A DNA stretch of 64,000 nucleotides from Verrucomicrobiales bacterium (GTDB taxonomy: Bacteria; Verrucomicrobiota; Verrucomicrobiia; Verrucomicrobiales; SLCJ01): the NCBI GenBank assembly GCA_046075565.1, contig JBJTQJ010000112.1, forward strand, positions 25,542-89,541. The letters are read 5' to 3'. Below the pieces are notes generated by a model. It was not told where the DNA came from, ran no database searches, and saw only the letters and a list, made by a program, of their open reading frames with translations. Positions 18,297 to 28,700 of the stretch are shown here, in pieces. A program made the position numbers and the translations under genes. The number at the start of each line of letters is the position of its first letter. Positions within the stretch are counted from its first letter, which is position 1.

Positions 18297-20774
18297 ATGC
18301 TCTCCGAGCCTCCAAGTCCAGAATTGCTTTCTCCCGCCGGAAATTGGGACTGCGCCAAAGCCGCGGTCGCCAACGGGGCTGATGCCATTTATTTCGGGCT
18401 GCCGCGATTTAACGCCCGGTTGCGGGCGGACAATTTCACCGAGGAAGATTTGCCGGAATTGATGGATTGGCTGCACGCCCGGGGCACGCGCGGATTCGTG
18501 GCCATGAATACGCTCGTCTTCACCCGCGAGTTGGAGGAAGCTGCCGCACAACTCGAACGCCTCGAAGCGGCGAAGGTGGATGCCGTCATTATTCAGGATA
18601 TCGGTCTTGCCGCGCTGGCCGCCCGCATCGCGCCGTCGGTGGAGATCCACGCTTCAACGCAGATGACCATCAGCTCGCCGGAAGGACTGGCTTTTGTGCG
18701 CGGGCTGGTGCCACTCGAACGGGCTGTGCTCGCACGCGAACTTTCCCTGCGCGAGATCGAAAGGTTCACCCGCACGGACGGGGAAAAGTCCGAACCGCTC
18801 GTGCCGATGGAGGTGTTTGTGCATGGCGCGCTCTGTGTCGCCTACTCCGGGCAATGCCTGACCTCGGAGGCGCTCGGGCAGCGCAGTGCGAATCGCGGTG
18901 AATGTGCCCAGGCCTGCCGGATGCCGTATGAGTTGCTCGTGGATGGTGAAAAGATCAATCTTGGCGACCAACGTTATTTGCTCTCGCCGCAGGATCTGGC
19001 GGCCCATGATCAAATACCGGAACTGCTCGCGCGTGGGGTCGTGAGTTTCAAGATCGAAGGACGCCTCAAATCGCCCGAATATGTGGCTGCGGTCACGGCC
19101 GTTTACCGCAAGGCGCTTGACCGTGCGATGGCCGGTGCCCCGGCTCCGGCGAGCAAGGATGATCGTTATGCCCTCGAAATGACTTTCTCCCGTGGTCTTA
19201 CCCCGGGCTGGCTCACCGGAACAAACCATCCCGCACTCGTTCATGCTCGTTTCGGAAAAAAACGCGGAGCTTTGTTAGGAACGATTGCGCGTGTCGGCCC
19301 CGATTGGCTCGAACTGGATCGCGAGGTGCTTGCCATGCCCGAAGATGGCATCGTGATCGACACCGGCGGCGATACCAACAATGAAACCGGCGGACGCATC
19401 GGGCGTGTGCAGGGCCGCAGGTTCCAGTTTCCCGCTGATCGGATCCAGCAGGCGCGTCCGCGCGCTGGAGATCGCATCTGGAAAACCAGCGACCCACGGC
19501 TGGATGCCCGCTTGCGCGAGACGTGGAAAGGCCGGATTGAGAACCGGCGCACCTTGCCGCTCGAGCTCGAAGTCAGTGGACGCGCGGGTGAAGCGCTGGT
19601 CATTCGGGAAAAGCGATCCGGAGCCACGGTCACCGGTGCGGACCTGTTGGTTGCCGCCGCGCCCGGAGCCCCCGCGCTTGGTGCCGATGTGCTGCGGGCC
19701 CAACTCGGTCGTCTCGGTGGCACGCCCTACCATCTCGGCAATCTGGACCTCGACCTGAATGACCCGGTGTCCATGCCCGTGAGTGCGCTCAACCGACTCC
19801 GCCGCGCCCTCGTCGATGCGGTGGAGCGGGCCATGCGTCCATCTCGCGGCCCCGTGCTTTCGACCAAGGAAGCGATGGTTGCTTTGCTTCCGGTTGTCTC
19901 GGTAAATCAATCCCAAGCGGAGACAACGGTGCTTTCGGTGCTGGCGCGTAACCTCGAGCAAATTGAAGCGGCGCTCGATTGTGGCATCACGGAAATCCAT
20001 GCCGACTTCGAAGACATCCGCCGGGGCAAAGACGCGGTCGCGCTGGTGCGTTCGCGGGAGTCGAGCGGAGCGGCCATCTTCCTGGCGACACCGCGCATTC
20101 AGAAATCCGGTGAGGCTGGATATTTCAAACTGATCGAACGCGCGCAACCGGATGGCGTGCTTTTGCGCAATCTCGGGGCCTTGGGATACTTCCGCGATCA
20201 CCATGGGCTTCGGCGTCATGGTGACTTTTCTCTGAACATCGCCAATCCAATTACGGCTTCCCTTCTGCGTGAGGCCGCCCGTCTCGATCGGATGACCATC
20301 TCGTATGATCTGAACATCAACCAGGTGCTCGATCTGCTCTCCGGCGCTCCGCCCTCATGGTTCGAGCTGACCTTGCACCAACACATGCCGATGTTTCACA
20401 TGGAGCATTGCGTCTTCTGCACTTTTTTGTCCAAAGGAACCGACTTCACCAACTGCGGGCGCCCATGCGACAACCATCAGGTGCTCATGCGTGATCGGGT
20501 TGGCATGAAACACGTGCTTCTCGCCGATGTCGGCTGCCGCAACACTCTCTTCCACGGGCAAGCGCAAACCGGCGCCCAATTTCTTCCTTCGCTGCTCAAA
20601 GCGGGGTTGCCCCACTACCGTCTCGAACTCCTCACCGAAGACCGCGAGCGCGCGATGGGTGTCATCCGGCTCTATCAGGATTTGTTCGCCGGTCGGGCAA
20701 ATCCCGCCACCGCTTGGCGTACGCTCAAGGCGACGGCCCAACTCGGGGTGACGGAGGGCACGCTGGTAGGTTGA
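18297..20774 (+). CDS. Peptidase U32 family protein with DUF3656 (RlhA/YdcP-like RNA hydroxylation protein)
   Basis: ELLSPAG, GADAIYFG, HASTQM, FVHGALCVAYSGQC, NRGECAQACR, FKIEGRLK; C-terminal EHCVFC cluster. Confidence 0.88.
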   Translation: MLSEPPSPELLSPAGNWDCAKAAVANGADAIYFGLPRFNARLRADNFTEEDLPELMDWLHARGTRGFVAMNTLVFTRELEEAAAQLERLEAAKVDAVIIQDIGLAALAARIAPSVEIHASTQMTISSPEGLAFVRGLVPLERAVLARELSLREIERFTRTDGEKSEPLVPMEVFVHGALCVAYSGQCLTSEALGQRSANRGECAQACRMPYELLVDGEKINLGDQRYLLSPQDLAAHDQIPELLARGVVSFKIEGRLKSPEYVAAVTAVYRKALDRAMAGAPAPASKDDRYALEMTFSRGLTPGWLTGTNHPALVHARFGKKRGALLGTIARVGPDWLELDREVLAMPEDGIVIDTGGDTNNETGGRIGRVQGRRFQFPADRIQQARPRAGDRIWKTSDPRLDARLRETWKGRIENRRTLPLELEVSGRAGEALVIREKRSGATVTGADLLVAAAPGAPALGADVLRAQLGRLGGTPYHLGNLDLDLNDPVSMPVSALNRLRRALVDAVERAMRPSRGPVLSTKEAMVALLPVVSVNQSQAETTVLSVLARNLEQIEAALDCGITEIHADFEDIRRGKDAVALVRSRESSGAAIFLATPRIQKSGEAGYFKLIERAQPDGVLLRNLGALGYFRDHHGLRRHGDFSLNIANPITASLLREAARLDRMTISYDLNINQVLDLLSGAPPSWFELTLHQHMPMFHMEHCVFCTFLSKGTDFTNCGRPCDNHQVLMRDRVGMKHVLLADVGCRNTLFHGQAQTGAQFLPSLLKAGLPHYRLELLTEDRERAMGVIRLYQDLFAGRANPATAWRTLKATAQLGVTEGTLVG

Positions 20775-20802
20775 GATTGCGGGGGATGACATCAGTGCAT
20801 GA

Positions 20803-20950
20803 GCGCCGCAGGCTCTCGGACGGCTGGGATTCTTCCCAGTTCTTGAGGGCGAGGTGACAACACACTCAAAGCGGTGGAGGAACCACCGCAGTCCAAAGCC
20901 TCCGGCGGTAAGATGCGGGTCGGTTCATAAGCACCGCAGGCTCTCGGACC
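20803..20950. repeat. REP-like palindromes (GGACTGCGG...CCGCAGTCC family)
   Basis: 20803-20837 and 20867-20908 are near-exact reverse complements of 47726-47760 and 47818-47860; located between convergent genes. Confidence 0.8.
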
Positions 20951-21006
20951 GTGGGTGAACCAAGAGAATCAAACATCCTGACTTTGCTCCCGGGAGCGAT
21001 TCACCA

Positions 21007-21960
21007 TCACTCCTCCGCTTCGATGAAGACATCGACCTGTTGGCCGACATACACCGGAGGGTTTTCTGGAGGCGTCATGGAGTAGATCACCTGCAAGACC
21101 CGCGTATCCACCCGCTCGGTGCTGGCGCCGGTCAGCGATACTTTGGGGATGACGTATGGTTCGATGCGGTCGAATACCAAGGGGAAGGAGATTTCCGGTT
21201 TGCCCCTTAGGCTAGCCCGGGCGGCCTTGCCGGGGCGGACGCGCGTGGCGCTTTGTTCATCAATGTCCACGCGCACCTGAAGTTTGTCGGTATCACCGAT
21301 GATCATGGCCGGTGCCTTTGGTATGGTGCCGGCGAATTCGCCTTCCCTGATATTCACCTGAAGAACCGTACCATCGCGGGAAGCCCGCACCGTGAGGCGC
21401 TCGATCAGTGCTTCCACTTTCGCCCGTGCGGCCGAGGCTGCGGTAAGACTGGCACGGGCAGCGGCGAGCCGGGCTACGGCCACGCGCACGTCGTTGCGGC
21501 GATTGTCGAGGTCTTCGACACTGAAAGCCCTCGTGTCCTTGATGGCATTCAGGCGCTCGAACTGTGCTTCGATTTTTTTCAGCAGCGCCTCTTCCACCGC
21601 AATCTGTGATTGCGCCACGGCGATTTCCCCATCGATGGCCGGTAGTTCCGCGCGGAGATCTCGATCATCAAGTTGGAACAACGGGTCGCCCTTTTTGACC
21701 TCCTGGTTCACCTTGACGGATACTGCTGCCACCAAACCGGGCGCCGGCACACCTACGGCGACGTTTTCACTCGAGGCTTCGAGGATGCCGGTGCCGGCCA
21801 CGGATGACTTGAAGGGTTTCTCGGGTGGGGCGATTGGCGGTTCACCGGCAGGTGGCATCTGTTTGTCTTGTTGGACTTGGGCCACCACGGCAATGGCATA
21901 GAAGCCTCCCAGGGCAAGCAAGATGGTGGCGTAGCGGATGAATTTGGATAGCAGATTCAT
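21007..21960 (-). CDS. Efflux periplasmic adaptor (HlyD/DevB-like)
   Basis: N-terminal TM anchor, VKKGDPLFQLD lipoyl-like half motif, coiled coil, ERVDTRVLQVIY. Confidence 0.88.
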   Translation of the reverse strand: MNLLSKFIRYATILLALGGFYAIAVVAQVQQDKQMPPAGEPPIAPPEKPFKSSVAGTGILEASSENVAVGVPAPGLVAAVSVKVNQEVKKGDPLFQLDDRDLRAELPAIDGEIAVAQSQIAVEEALLKKIEAQFERLNAIKDTRAFSVEDLDNRRNDVRVAVARLAAARASLTAASAARAKVEALIERLTVRASRDGTVLQVNIREGEFAGTIPKAPAMIIGDTDKLQVRVDIDEQSATRVRPGKAARASLRGKPEISFPLVFDRIEPYVIPKVSLTGASTERVDTRVLQVIYSMTPPENPPVYVGQQVDVFIEAEE

Positions 21961-21965
21961 GGTAG

Positions 21966-22727
21966 TCAGGGCAGGTGGACGGGAACGGTCTCGTGAACAA
22001 AATGGGGTGTGTCGTCCGGGCTTTTGGCCTCGATACCGACGATCATCCCATCGTCCATGCGGGCGATGCGATCGGCATAGGAGAAAATACGATTGTCATG
22101 GGTGACGATGATTACGGCGCGGCCGGGTGTGCGGGCGACATTCCGGAAGAGATCGAGCACGATTTCACCGTTCTGGGCATCAAGCGCGGCTGTCGGTTCA
22201 TCACAGATCACCAGTGGCGGCTCATGGACGAGAGCGCGCGCGATGGCTACCCGTTGCTGTTGTCCGCCGGACAGTTTGGCCGGTCGTTCGCTCCAGCGGT
22301 CTGCCATACCGACGGCATCCAGTACTTCCTTCGCTTTCCGGATGGCTTTTCCCTGGCCGAATCCTTGGATCAATAGCGGGACACTCACATTCTCCGCGAT
22401 GTTGAGGGTCGGGATCAGATTGAATTGCTGGAAGATGAATCCGATGTTTTTGGCGCGGAAAGCGGTCAAGGCGAGACCGCTCATGCTGTGGAGCGGATGC
22501 CCGAAGACTTCCACCTGTCCGGCGTCGGGGCGCAGGGTGCCGGAGATCGTGCTCAGCAAGGTGGTCTTTCCGCATCCCGAGGGACCGACCAGCATGAGGA
22601 TCTCGCCATTCATGGCCTGCAAATCCACTTCCTTGAGGACATGGAGCTTCGCTGCCCCGGTGCCGAAACTTTTTTCTACACCATGGACATTCACCACGAT
22701 TGCCGAAGCTTGGGATGGATCAGGCAC
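21966..22727 (-). CDS. ABC transporter ATP-binding protein (DevA/LolD-like)
   Basis: Walker A GPSGCGKT, LSGGQQQRVAIARAL, DEPT, VTHD. Confidence 0.95.
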   Translation of the reverse strand: MPDPSQASAIVVNVHGVEKSFGTGAAKLHVLKEVDLQAMNGEILMLVGPSGCGKTTLLSTISGTLRPDAGQVEVFGHPLHSMSGLALTAFRAKNIGFIFQQFNLIPTLNIAENVSVPLLIQGFGQGKAIRKAKEVLDAVGMADRWSERPAKLSGGQQQRVAIARALVHEPPLVICDEPTAALDAQNGEIVLDLFRNVARTPGRAVIIVTHDNRIFSYADRIARMDDGMIVGIEAKSPDDTPHFVHETVPVHLP

Positions 22728-23880
22728 GGAAAACCATGGCGGGTTGATAGAGGCCGAGCCGGACTACTCCGAGCAGGGCGGCGAGGAAACAAATCAATTG
22801 GATCACGCAAAAGGCGGCGATGGGCACGATCGTCGGCATGTAGAATGGCGGTTGGCCGTTCTCGAGGGCTCCGGAGGCGAAGGCGGAAGTGAAAAGCAAT
22901 CCGATCCCGAAGCCGATGATCCCGACGGTGATGGACTGGAACCACAACATCAAACTGAGGCGGAAATTCGACGTGCCCATGGCCTTGAGAGCACCGAAGT
23001 TTTTCAGGTTGTCGAGCACGAAGGCATAGAATGTCTGGCAGGCGATGGCGATCCCGACGATGAATCCGATGACCACGGTCGTGCCGAAGGAAATCGGGAT
23101 GCCGGTATTCCTGACATACCACCAGATGGTCGAGGTGTTGAAGTCGTTGGGGTTCGATCCGAAGTCGCGGTTCACGAAGGCGCGCAAGCCGGTCTTTTTC
23201 GCAATTTCCGCGGCGGCCGTATCAGGGTCCATGCCCGCGATGGGCGCGGCCAGCACGGCTGAAAGCATCTTGCGCTGTGGCGGGGTGTATTGCAGAGCGC
23301 GTTCGTAGGTGGTCCAAATGTAGGGTCCACCGGTGAACGAGCGCATGGCATCACAGATTCCGACCACGCGGGCTTCGATGTCATTGATCTCGAATGTCGA
23401 ACCGATGCCAATCGGTTTGTTCTTGTCCGTAGACAATCTTTCGATGGCAATCTTGTCGATGATTACGGTGTTGGGTAGGCGCAGGTCCTCCAGACGGCCT
23501 TCCGTGATGCGGACCGGTCCGCCCGCGAAGGAAGCGGCATCGACGCCGAGCAGTTGCACCGTTTGGAAATTTCCATTTTCCAATCGAACCTTCTGCATGC
23601 CGGAATAGAGGGGCATGGCCCAGCGAACCGCCCCTACGGATCGCACCAACGCCACATCCGTGTCTCGGAGAGGATTCATTTCGTTGACCTGCTCCACCTT
23701 TGGTTCGACGACGTAAATCGGAGCACCGACATTTTTGACCGTCGCGGTCGTCCAGCGGATGAGGCCGCAGAAGACGGAAGCCTGCTGGACCATCAAGAAA
23801 GTGGCGAAAACGATGCCAGCCAACAGCATCAAATACTTCGCCGTGTCACCGAAAAGCATCCTGATGGCGAGGCGAAACAT
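22720..23880 (-). CDS. ABC transporter permease (DevC/FtsX-like)
   Basis: N-terminal TM, large periplasmic domain, FGALKAMG motif, three C-terminal TMs; overlaps the ATPase gene. Confidence 0.88.
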   Translation of the reverse strand: MFRLAIRMLFGDTAKYLMLLAGIVFATFLMVQQASVFCGLIRWTTATVKNVGAPIYVVEPKVEQVNEMNPLRDTDVALVRSVGAVRWAMPLYSGMQKVRLENGNFQTVQLLGVDAASFAGGPVRITEGRLEDLRLPNTVIIDKIAIERLSTDKNKPIGIGSTFEINDIEARVVGICDAMRSFTGGPYIWTTYERALQYTPPQRKMLSAVLAAPIAGMDPDTAAAEIAKKTGLRAFVNRDFGSNPNDFNTSTIWWYVRNTGIPISFGTTVVIGFIVGIAIACQTFYAFVLDNLKNFGALKAMGTSNFRLSLMLWFQSITVGIIGFGIGLLFTSAFASGALENGQPPFYMPTIVPIAAFCVIQLICFLAALLGVVRLGLYQPAMVFRA

Positions 23881-23970
23881 GAATTGAAGAAGAGTCGGTT
23901 GGGAGGAACTGACATTAAACGTCGGAGCCGCGCGCCAGGATACGGAACATTGGCGCTTCGCTGCCAGGAC

Positions 23971-25887
23971 TCAAGGCGCGGCAGGGCCCGAGTCGGCTTG
24001 CCCGGGCACTTTACCCCATTCGGCGAGGGGACGGGCGAGCACATGGTTCCACTGATCTGGATTGTCTTTGTAGTCGCGGATGCGGAAGAGGTATCCGTCG
24101 GCGGTATTGACCCAGAGGCTTGAACCGCGCTGAATTTCGCCGATGCGGATGGGATCGGATTTGCCCTCCCAGGTTCCTCCCGGGGGTTCGCGCACCAGGT
24201 AAGTGATACCATCATCCCATCTTTCAAGATTCGGCAACTTGTAGGAAATGACAAACATCCATAGACAGATCGCGGCGGTGAGCAACGACGCGGTGGTGGA
24301 CTCGCGCCATTTCAATTTCGTGCCGATTTTTCCAGCAAAGGAATCGATCCCGGCTGCCCAGGCCAGCAGGACGGCGGGGAGAATGTAAATGATATACCAG
24401 TGGAACAGTGAGTATCCGGTGAAGAAGTAGTGGTGCAAAACCATGAGCACCCCCGAACCAGCGGCGGCCAACAGAAATCCGGCGCGGAACCGACCCTTTT
24501 TCCACAGCGAAATCCAGCCGCTGATGAAGAAGAACAGAGTAACAAAGGTAAGCAGGCAGATCGGCCACATCCTCGGGAAGTGGGTGAAGAACCATTCCAC
24601 GTGGGTCGGTCCCTGCCATTCGGGCGGCGCAAACACTTGGTCGTAGATGGGCATGAGGCCGGTGGCGTAGGTCACCGTCGCACCGAGGAGCCAACTGAAC
24701 CCGAGATTGCCCTGCGGAAATTTCTCCTGGAACTCTGCCACGGCCTGGGGGATGGCCGGCGAGACGATCCAGAGGTAGAGCAAGCCGGCGGCGGCATTCG
24801 CCACCACGCAGCGTGCCAAGGCAGTCAGGGCATGCGGGTCCTTTTGTTTGAACCAACGCCAGAGCAGGGTGGCCGCGACGAAGAGATTAACCGTGGCGAC
24901 AAAATACAGCGAACCCGGGTAACTGAAGACAGAAAGGAAAACGAGAGAACCAAAGGCGAACCAATCCCGCGCTCTTCCTATCTGCAATGCCCGCCAGGCG
25001 AAGCCAAGAAGAAGCGAGGCCATGAAGAGGTTCAATCCGTAGCCCCGGGCTTCAACGGAATGGTGGAGGGCAAGCCCGTGCACGACCATGAGAGCCGCAG
25101 CGATGGGAGCAAGACGGGTCAGACCGATTTGTCGTGCGAACCAGAAGACGGATGCGATGGCGAGCCAGCCGAAGAGCAGGGAAGGAAAACGCATGGCGGA
25201 CAGGTCGGTGCGTTCCCTGGACATTCCCGTGATGAACCTCCACGTCGTCTGGGAAACTTGGCTGAGGACACTGAAGAAATAGGGGTTATTGACCCGCTCG
25301 TTTTCCCAGACGGCATGGGAGAACCCCGCTTCAACCCATTCGGGGGCTTTTCCCGGCTCGCGGAAATCGAGATAACCGTGGTAGTTCCGCCGCATGTTGT
25401 CCTGCTCGTCATAGGTCGGGTGTTGCGATGCCGCGGGCCAACGCAAAGCGGCTCCGAGCACGAGAAGCAAACCAAGAAGGATCCATGAATGGCGATCCAT
25501 TTTTGGCCCGACTTCACCGGGGCCCGTGGGTGGTCCGGAGAGAAATCGCCCCCACCACCAAGCCGTGGCCGCGCCCACTAGCGAGAGGGCAAGCACAACG
25601 GTGCTCGACAAGCACATGCCAATCCGGCTCCAGTCCCGCACCTTGAGCGAACTCCGTGCGGGGTCCTCGACATTGGTAGAGACCTCGACCAGCCGCTGGT
25701 ATTTTTCGACGAGTCCGAGTTGGGCGGGCTTTTCAACGCCGTAGAGGTTGCTGCCCAGCTTGCCGCTCCATGGAATGTCGATTCCCCGCAGGATGAGTAT
25801 CGCGATGACGGCCACCGCCAAACACGCCACGGTGGCGTAAAGGGGGGCGCGTGAGCGGGAAGCGGAGTTCGGAACCGTCGTGGGCAT
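23971..25887 (-). CDS. Polytopic GT-C fold glycosyltransferase (GT39/GT83-like)
   Basis: About 12 hydrophobic segments; YDE motif after the first TM block, NNPYFFS, MRFPSLLFG and EARGY motifs typical of PMT/ArnT-like GT-C proteins. Confidence 0.72.
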   Translation of the reverse strand: MPTTVPNSASRSRAPLYATVACLAVAVIAILILRGIDIPWSGKLGSNLYGVEKPAQLGLVEKYQRLVEVSTNVEDPARSSLKVRDWSRIGMCLSSTVVLALSLVGAATAWWWGRFLSGPPTGPGEVGPKMDRHSWILLGLLLVLGAALRWPAASQHPTYDEQDNMRRNYHGYLDFREPGKAPEWVEAGFSHAVWENERVNNPYFFSVLSQVSQTTWRFITGMSRERTDLSAMRFPSLLFGWLAIASVFWFARQIGLTRLAPIAAALMVVHGLALHHSVEARGYGLNLFMASLLLGFAWRALQIGRARDWFAFGSLVFLSVFSYPGSLYFVATVNLFVAATLLWRWFKQKDPHALTALARCVVANAAAGLLYLWIVSPAIPQAVAEFQEKFPQGNLGFSWLLGATVTYATGLMPIYDQVFAPPEWQGPTHVEWFFTHFPRMWPICLLTFVTLFFFISGWISLWKKGRFRAGFLLAAAGSGVLMVLHHYFFTGYSLFHWYIIYILPAVLLAWAAGIDSFAGKIGTKLKWRESTTASLLTAAICLWMFVISYKLPNLERWDDGITYLVREPPGGTWEGKSDPIRIGEIQRGSSLWVNTADGYLFRIRDYKDNPDQWNHVLARPLAEWGKVPGQADSGPAAP

Positions 25888-25985
25888 AGCCGGGAATGAT
25901 CGCCATGGATGCCCCGGAAATCAAGCGCGCCATCCTTTTCCGGCGGTACCCTTGACAGTTCGCGAAGATTTGGCAGGCTCCCCGA

Positions 25986-27275
25986 ATGGATTCCCCTCCC
26001 CTGACTTTCCGGATTCTACCGCGGCGCCAGCAGCGGGATGATGGAGGTTGGCGCGTGGAATTCGACATCCGCGCCGGGGAGCGACAACAGTTGGTGACCT
26101 ACGATTTTCCGGCGGCCTTGGGTGAACCGGAGACGGATGACGCGGTGGTGCCCGTGGGTTTATTTGCCGCCATGGCACATCGTTTGCCCTTTGTGGTGGA
26201 GAATCCAGTGGACGAAAGATTGGCCGAAGATGCGATCATCGCGATGGATCTCGCGGGCGAGTGGTGGTCGGAGGCATTGGCGGCTGTGCCGCTTGATTTC
26301 CCAATCCGGCCCGCCACCACACCGGTGCCGGGACGAGGCTGAGCGGCATTCTTCACCGGCGGGGTCGATTCATGGAACACCTTGCTGCGGCATGAAAAGG
26401 AGATCACCCACCTGATCTATGTGCATGGGTTCGATGTTCCCGGCCAGACGAAAGAAGAAGAAGCTCTGGTGGGAAGGCGCGTGCGCGAGGCGGCGGCGGC
26501 GAGGGGATTCACGTTGCATGAAATCCACACCGATCATCGCGAAGCCGGCGAAGAGCTGGTAGGGGATTTCAAATTCAGCCACGGAGCCATGCTCGCGGCC
26601 GTTGGATTGATGCTGACCAGAACAATCGACACCGTTTATATCGCCAGCTCGAACCAGTATTGCCAGATGTTCCCGCACGGATCCACATGGATGCTCGATC
26701 CTCTATGGACCACGAATCATGTCCAAATCCGTTACGACGGAGCGCAAAGATGTCGTGCTGGCAAGGCTCTTGATTTGGCGAGAGGTCATCCCGATTTGCT
26801 TCCCCATCTGATTGTTTGTCGGGATGGTTACCTGAAGGGGAAGAATTGCGGGCACTGCGAGAAGTGCCTGCGGACCATGCTGGCCGTGCACTTCGCAGGC
26901 ATTGATGATCTGTCCCCCGCATTTGATCGCGACCTCGATCGTTCTGCGGTCGCCGAAACCCGTTTTTCGGGCACTTGGATAAGTGATATTTACCAAAAGA
27001 CTCTCGAGATCGGGAAAACCCACCGCCCCGATTCACCATTCCTTCCGGCCCTGGAGAATTGTTTGCTCGAAAAGAATACCCGGCTTCTGCTTGCCAGATT
27101 GGCCGAGACCGGTGACGCGGCGATCGAATCCGCGCCGGCGTCGAAATAGCTCAAGGGCATCCGCGATCCACTCTGGCGCCATTGGTCGTCGCATGCCCGC
27201 AAATGGCTTGACCAGAAGATGGGTGCCGTGGTCAACTCCGACCCCGCTCGCGCCACGAGGGCCCTTTGGTCATGA
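25986..27275 (+). pseudogene. QueC-like PP-loop/Zn-site ATPase paralog 1, interrupted by two in-frame stops
   Basis: ORFs 25986..26342 and 26382..27149 share a frame. Reading through TGA 26340-26342 gives PGRG*AAFFTGGVDSWNT, matching paralog QGRGEAAFFSGGVDS. Reading through TAG 27147-27149 gives K*LKGIRDPLW, resembling paralog KKKDPRIRDRFF. VCR..NCGHCEKCLRT motif present. Confidence 0.75.
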
Positions 27276-27319
27276 AAAAGACCTGGTGCCATGGTCCGTT
27301 GGACCGCACGGGTGAACCC

Positions 27320-28690
27320 ATGCGCCTCTTTGTTGGTGCACCGGTCTCTTGTTGCACCGATACCGCTACCGAGGTCCACTATCTGCTCCGCCTGGGATCG
27401 GATGAGGTGTCGGCCCGGATTCTCGATACACTGAGTTTTCGAATCAACCGGGCCATTCAATCTTCGCTCATTGGGATAGAACCTGCCATGGCAGCGTTGT
27501 TGCCCTTTGCCATGGCCCGCCACTGGGATCTGGTGGCTGAGGCATCGGCTGCCACCGGGTTTGCGGAGGTTTTGGAAGAATATGCCCTAATCTCCGATGC
27601 GTGGCTCGAAGATTGGAGAAAACCCCGGATTGAGATGCACACGGAAAGCGAACCACAAATCCTTCCGCAGGGACGAGGCGAAGCAGCGTTTTTTTCGGGT
27701 GGTGTGGACTCGTTTTACACGCTCGTGGCACGACAGGGACAACTCGCCGACGTCGTTTTCCTGACGGGTTTTGACATCGAACCCGTCATGACCGCTCATT
27801 CCCGTCTGGCTGATAAAGCCATCCATGCCGCCGCCCGGATGTTCGGGGTTGGTGTGGTGCACGTTGAGACCAACGTGCGAGCGCTGCGCCACTATGCATT
27901 GGATTGGGTTTACATGGGTGGTGCGGTGCTTGCCGGCACCGCGCTTTTACTACGTGGATTGTATCAACGCGTGCATGTGGCCAGCGACTCGACATGGAAA
28001 GGGTGTCTGCCGGCCCATGAGCATCCGGTGATGCACAACCTCTGGAGGCTTCCCGGATTCCGTATGCGTTGTGACATGGTGTCCATTCCGAGGGTCGAGC
28101 GGGTGCGGCTCCTTGGAATGGCCATGCCCGGGGCCCTGGCCCATTTGCGAGTCTGTTGGGATATGCTCCCATTTCATCTGAACTGCGGGAAATGCGAAAA
28201 ATGCCAACGCACCTTGGCGGCTCTGGAAGTATTCGGATTCCGGCAGCAGGCCGCACCTGCTTTCGAGTCCTCCGACCTCGACTGGGAAATGATTTCTTCT
28301 CTCCGGCCGGATTCCATGCGCCGCCCTTACTGGCAGGAAATCACCGATGCGGCGCGCCAACTTGGCCGGAGAGATATTTCGGATCCACTCGACGAAATGC
28401 TCAAGGCTTCGGAGGTCAAGGAGGTGCTTGAGCTGCTGGAGCCTCTTCGCAAGGAGTTGATTGGCACCACGGCATGGAAAAAGAAAGATCCACGGATCCG
28501 GGACCGATTCTTTGACGCGCTATTCCAACTGGACCCCGGATGGTTCTGGCAGAAGCTGCGCCGTCACCGCGACGAGTGGCGACATCCGCTAAAAGCCCAG
28601 TTGCGCAGTCTGGGTCATGCGGGATGGGCGGAATTGGCGCGGTTGCGCCTCAGGCGGTTCTTCAATCGCCCGGATTCCAACGAAGGATGA
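27320..28690 (+). CDS. QueC-like PP-loop/Zn-site ATPase paralog 2
   Basis: FFSGGVDSFYT, GFDI, ETNVR, LRVCWDMLPFHLNCGKCEKCQRT. Start uncertain. Confidence 0.75.
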   Translation: MRLFVGAPVSCCTDTATEVHYLLRLGSDEVSARILDTLSFRINRAIQSSLIGIEPAMAALLPFAMARHWDLVAEASAATGFAEVLEEYALISDAWLEDWRKPRIEMHTESEPQILPQGRGEAAFFSGGVDSFYTLVARQGQLADVVFLTGFDIEPVMTAHSRLADKAIHAAARMFGVGVVHVETNVRALRHYALDWVYMGGAVLAGTALLLRGLYQRVHVASDSTWKGCLPAHEHPVMHNLWRLPGFRMRCDMVSIPRVERVRLLGMAMPGALAHLRVCWDMLPFHLNCGKCEKCQRTLAALEVFGFRQQAAPAFESSDLDWEMISSLRPDSMRRPYWQEITDAARQLGRRDISDPLDEMLKASEVKEVLELLEPLRKELIGTTAWKKKDPRIRDRFFDALFQLDPGWFWQKLRRHRDEWRHPLKAQLRSLGHAGWAELARLRLRRFFNRPDSNEG

Positions 28691-28700
28691 GCGACTTGGA

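Noticed and set aside
26340-26342. In-frame TGA as selenocysteine or recoding
   Set aside because: The aligned position is Cys in one paralog but Glu and Arg in others, so it is not conserved. No convincing SECIS hairpin follows, the same gene also has an in-frame TAG, and nearby stops are of all three types. Point mutation or error is simpler.
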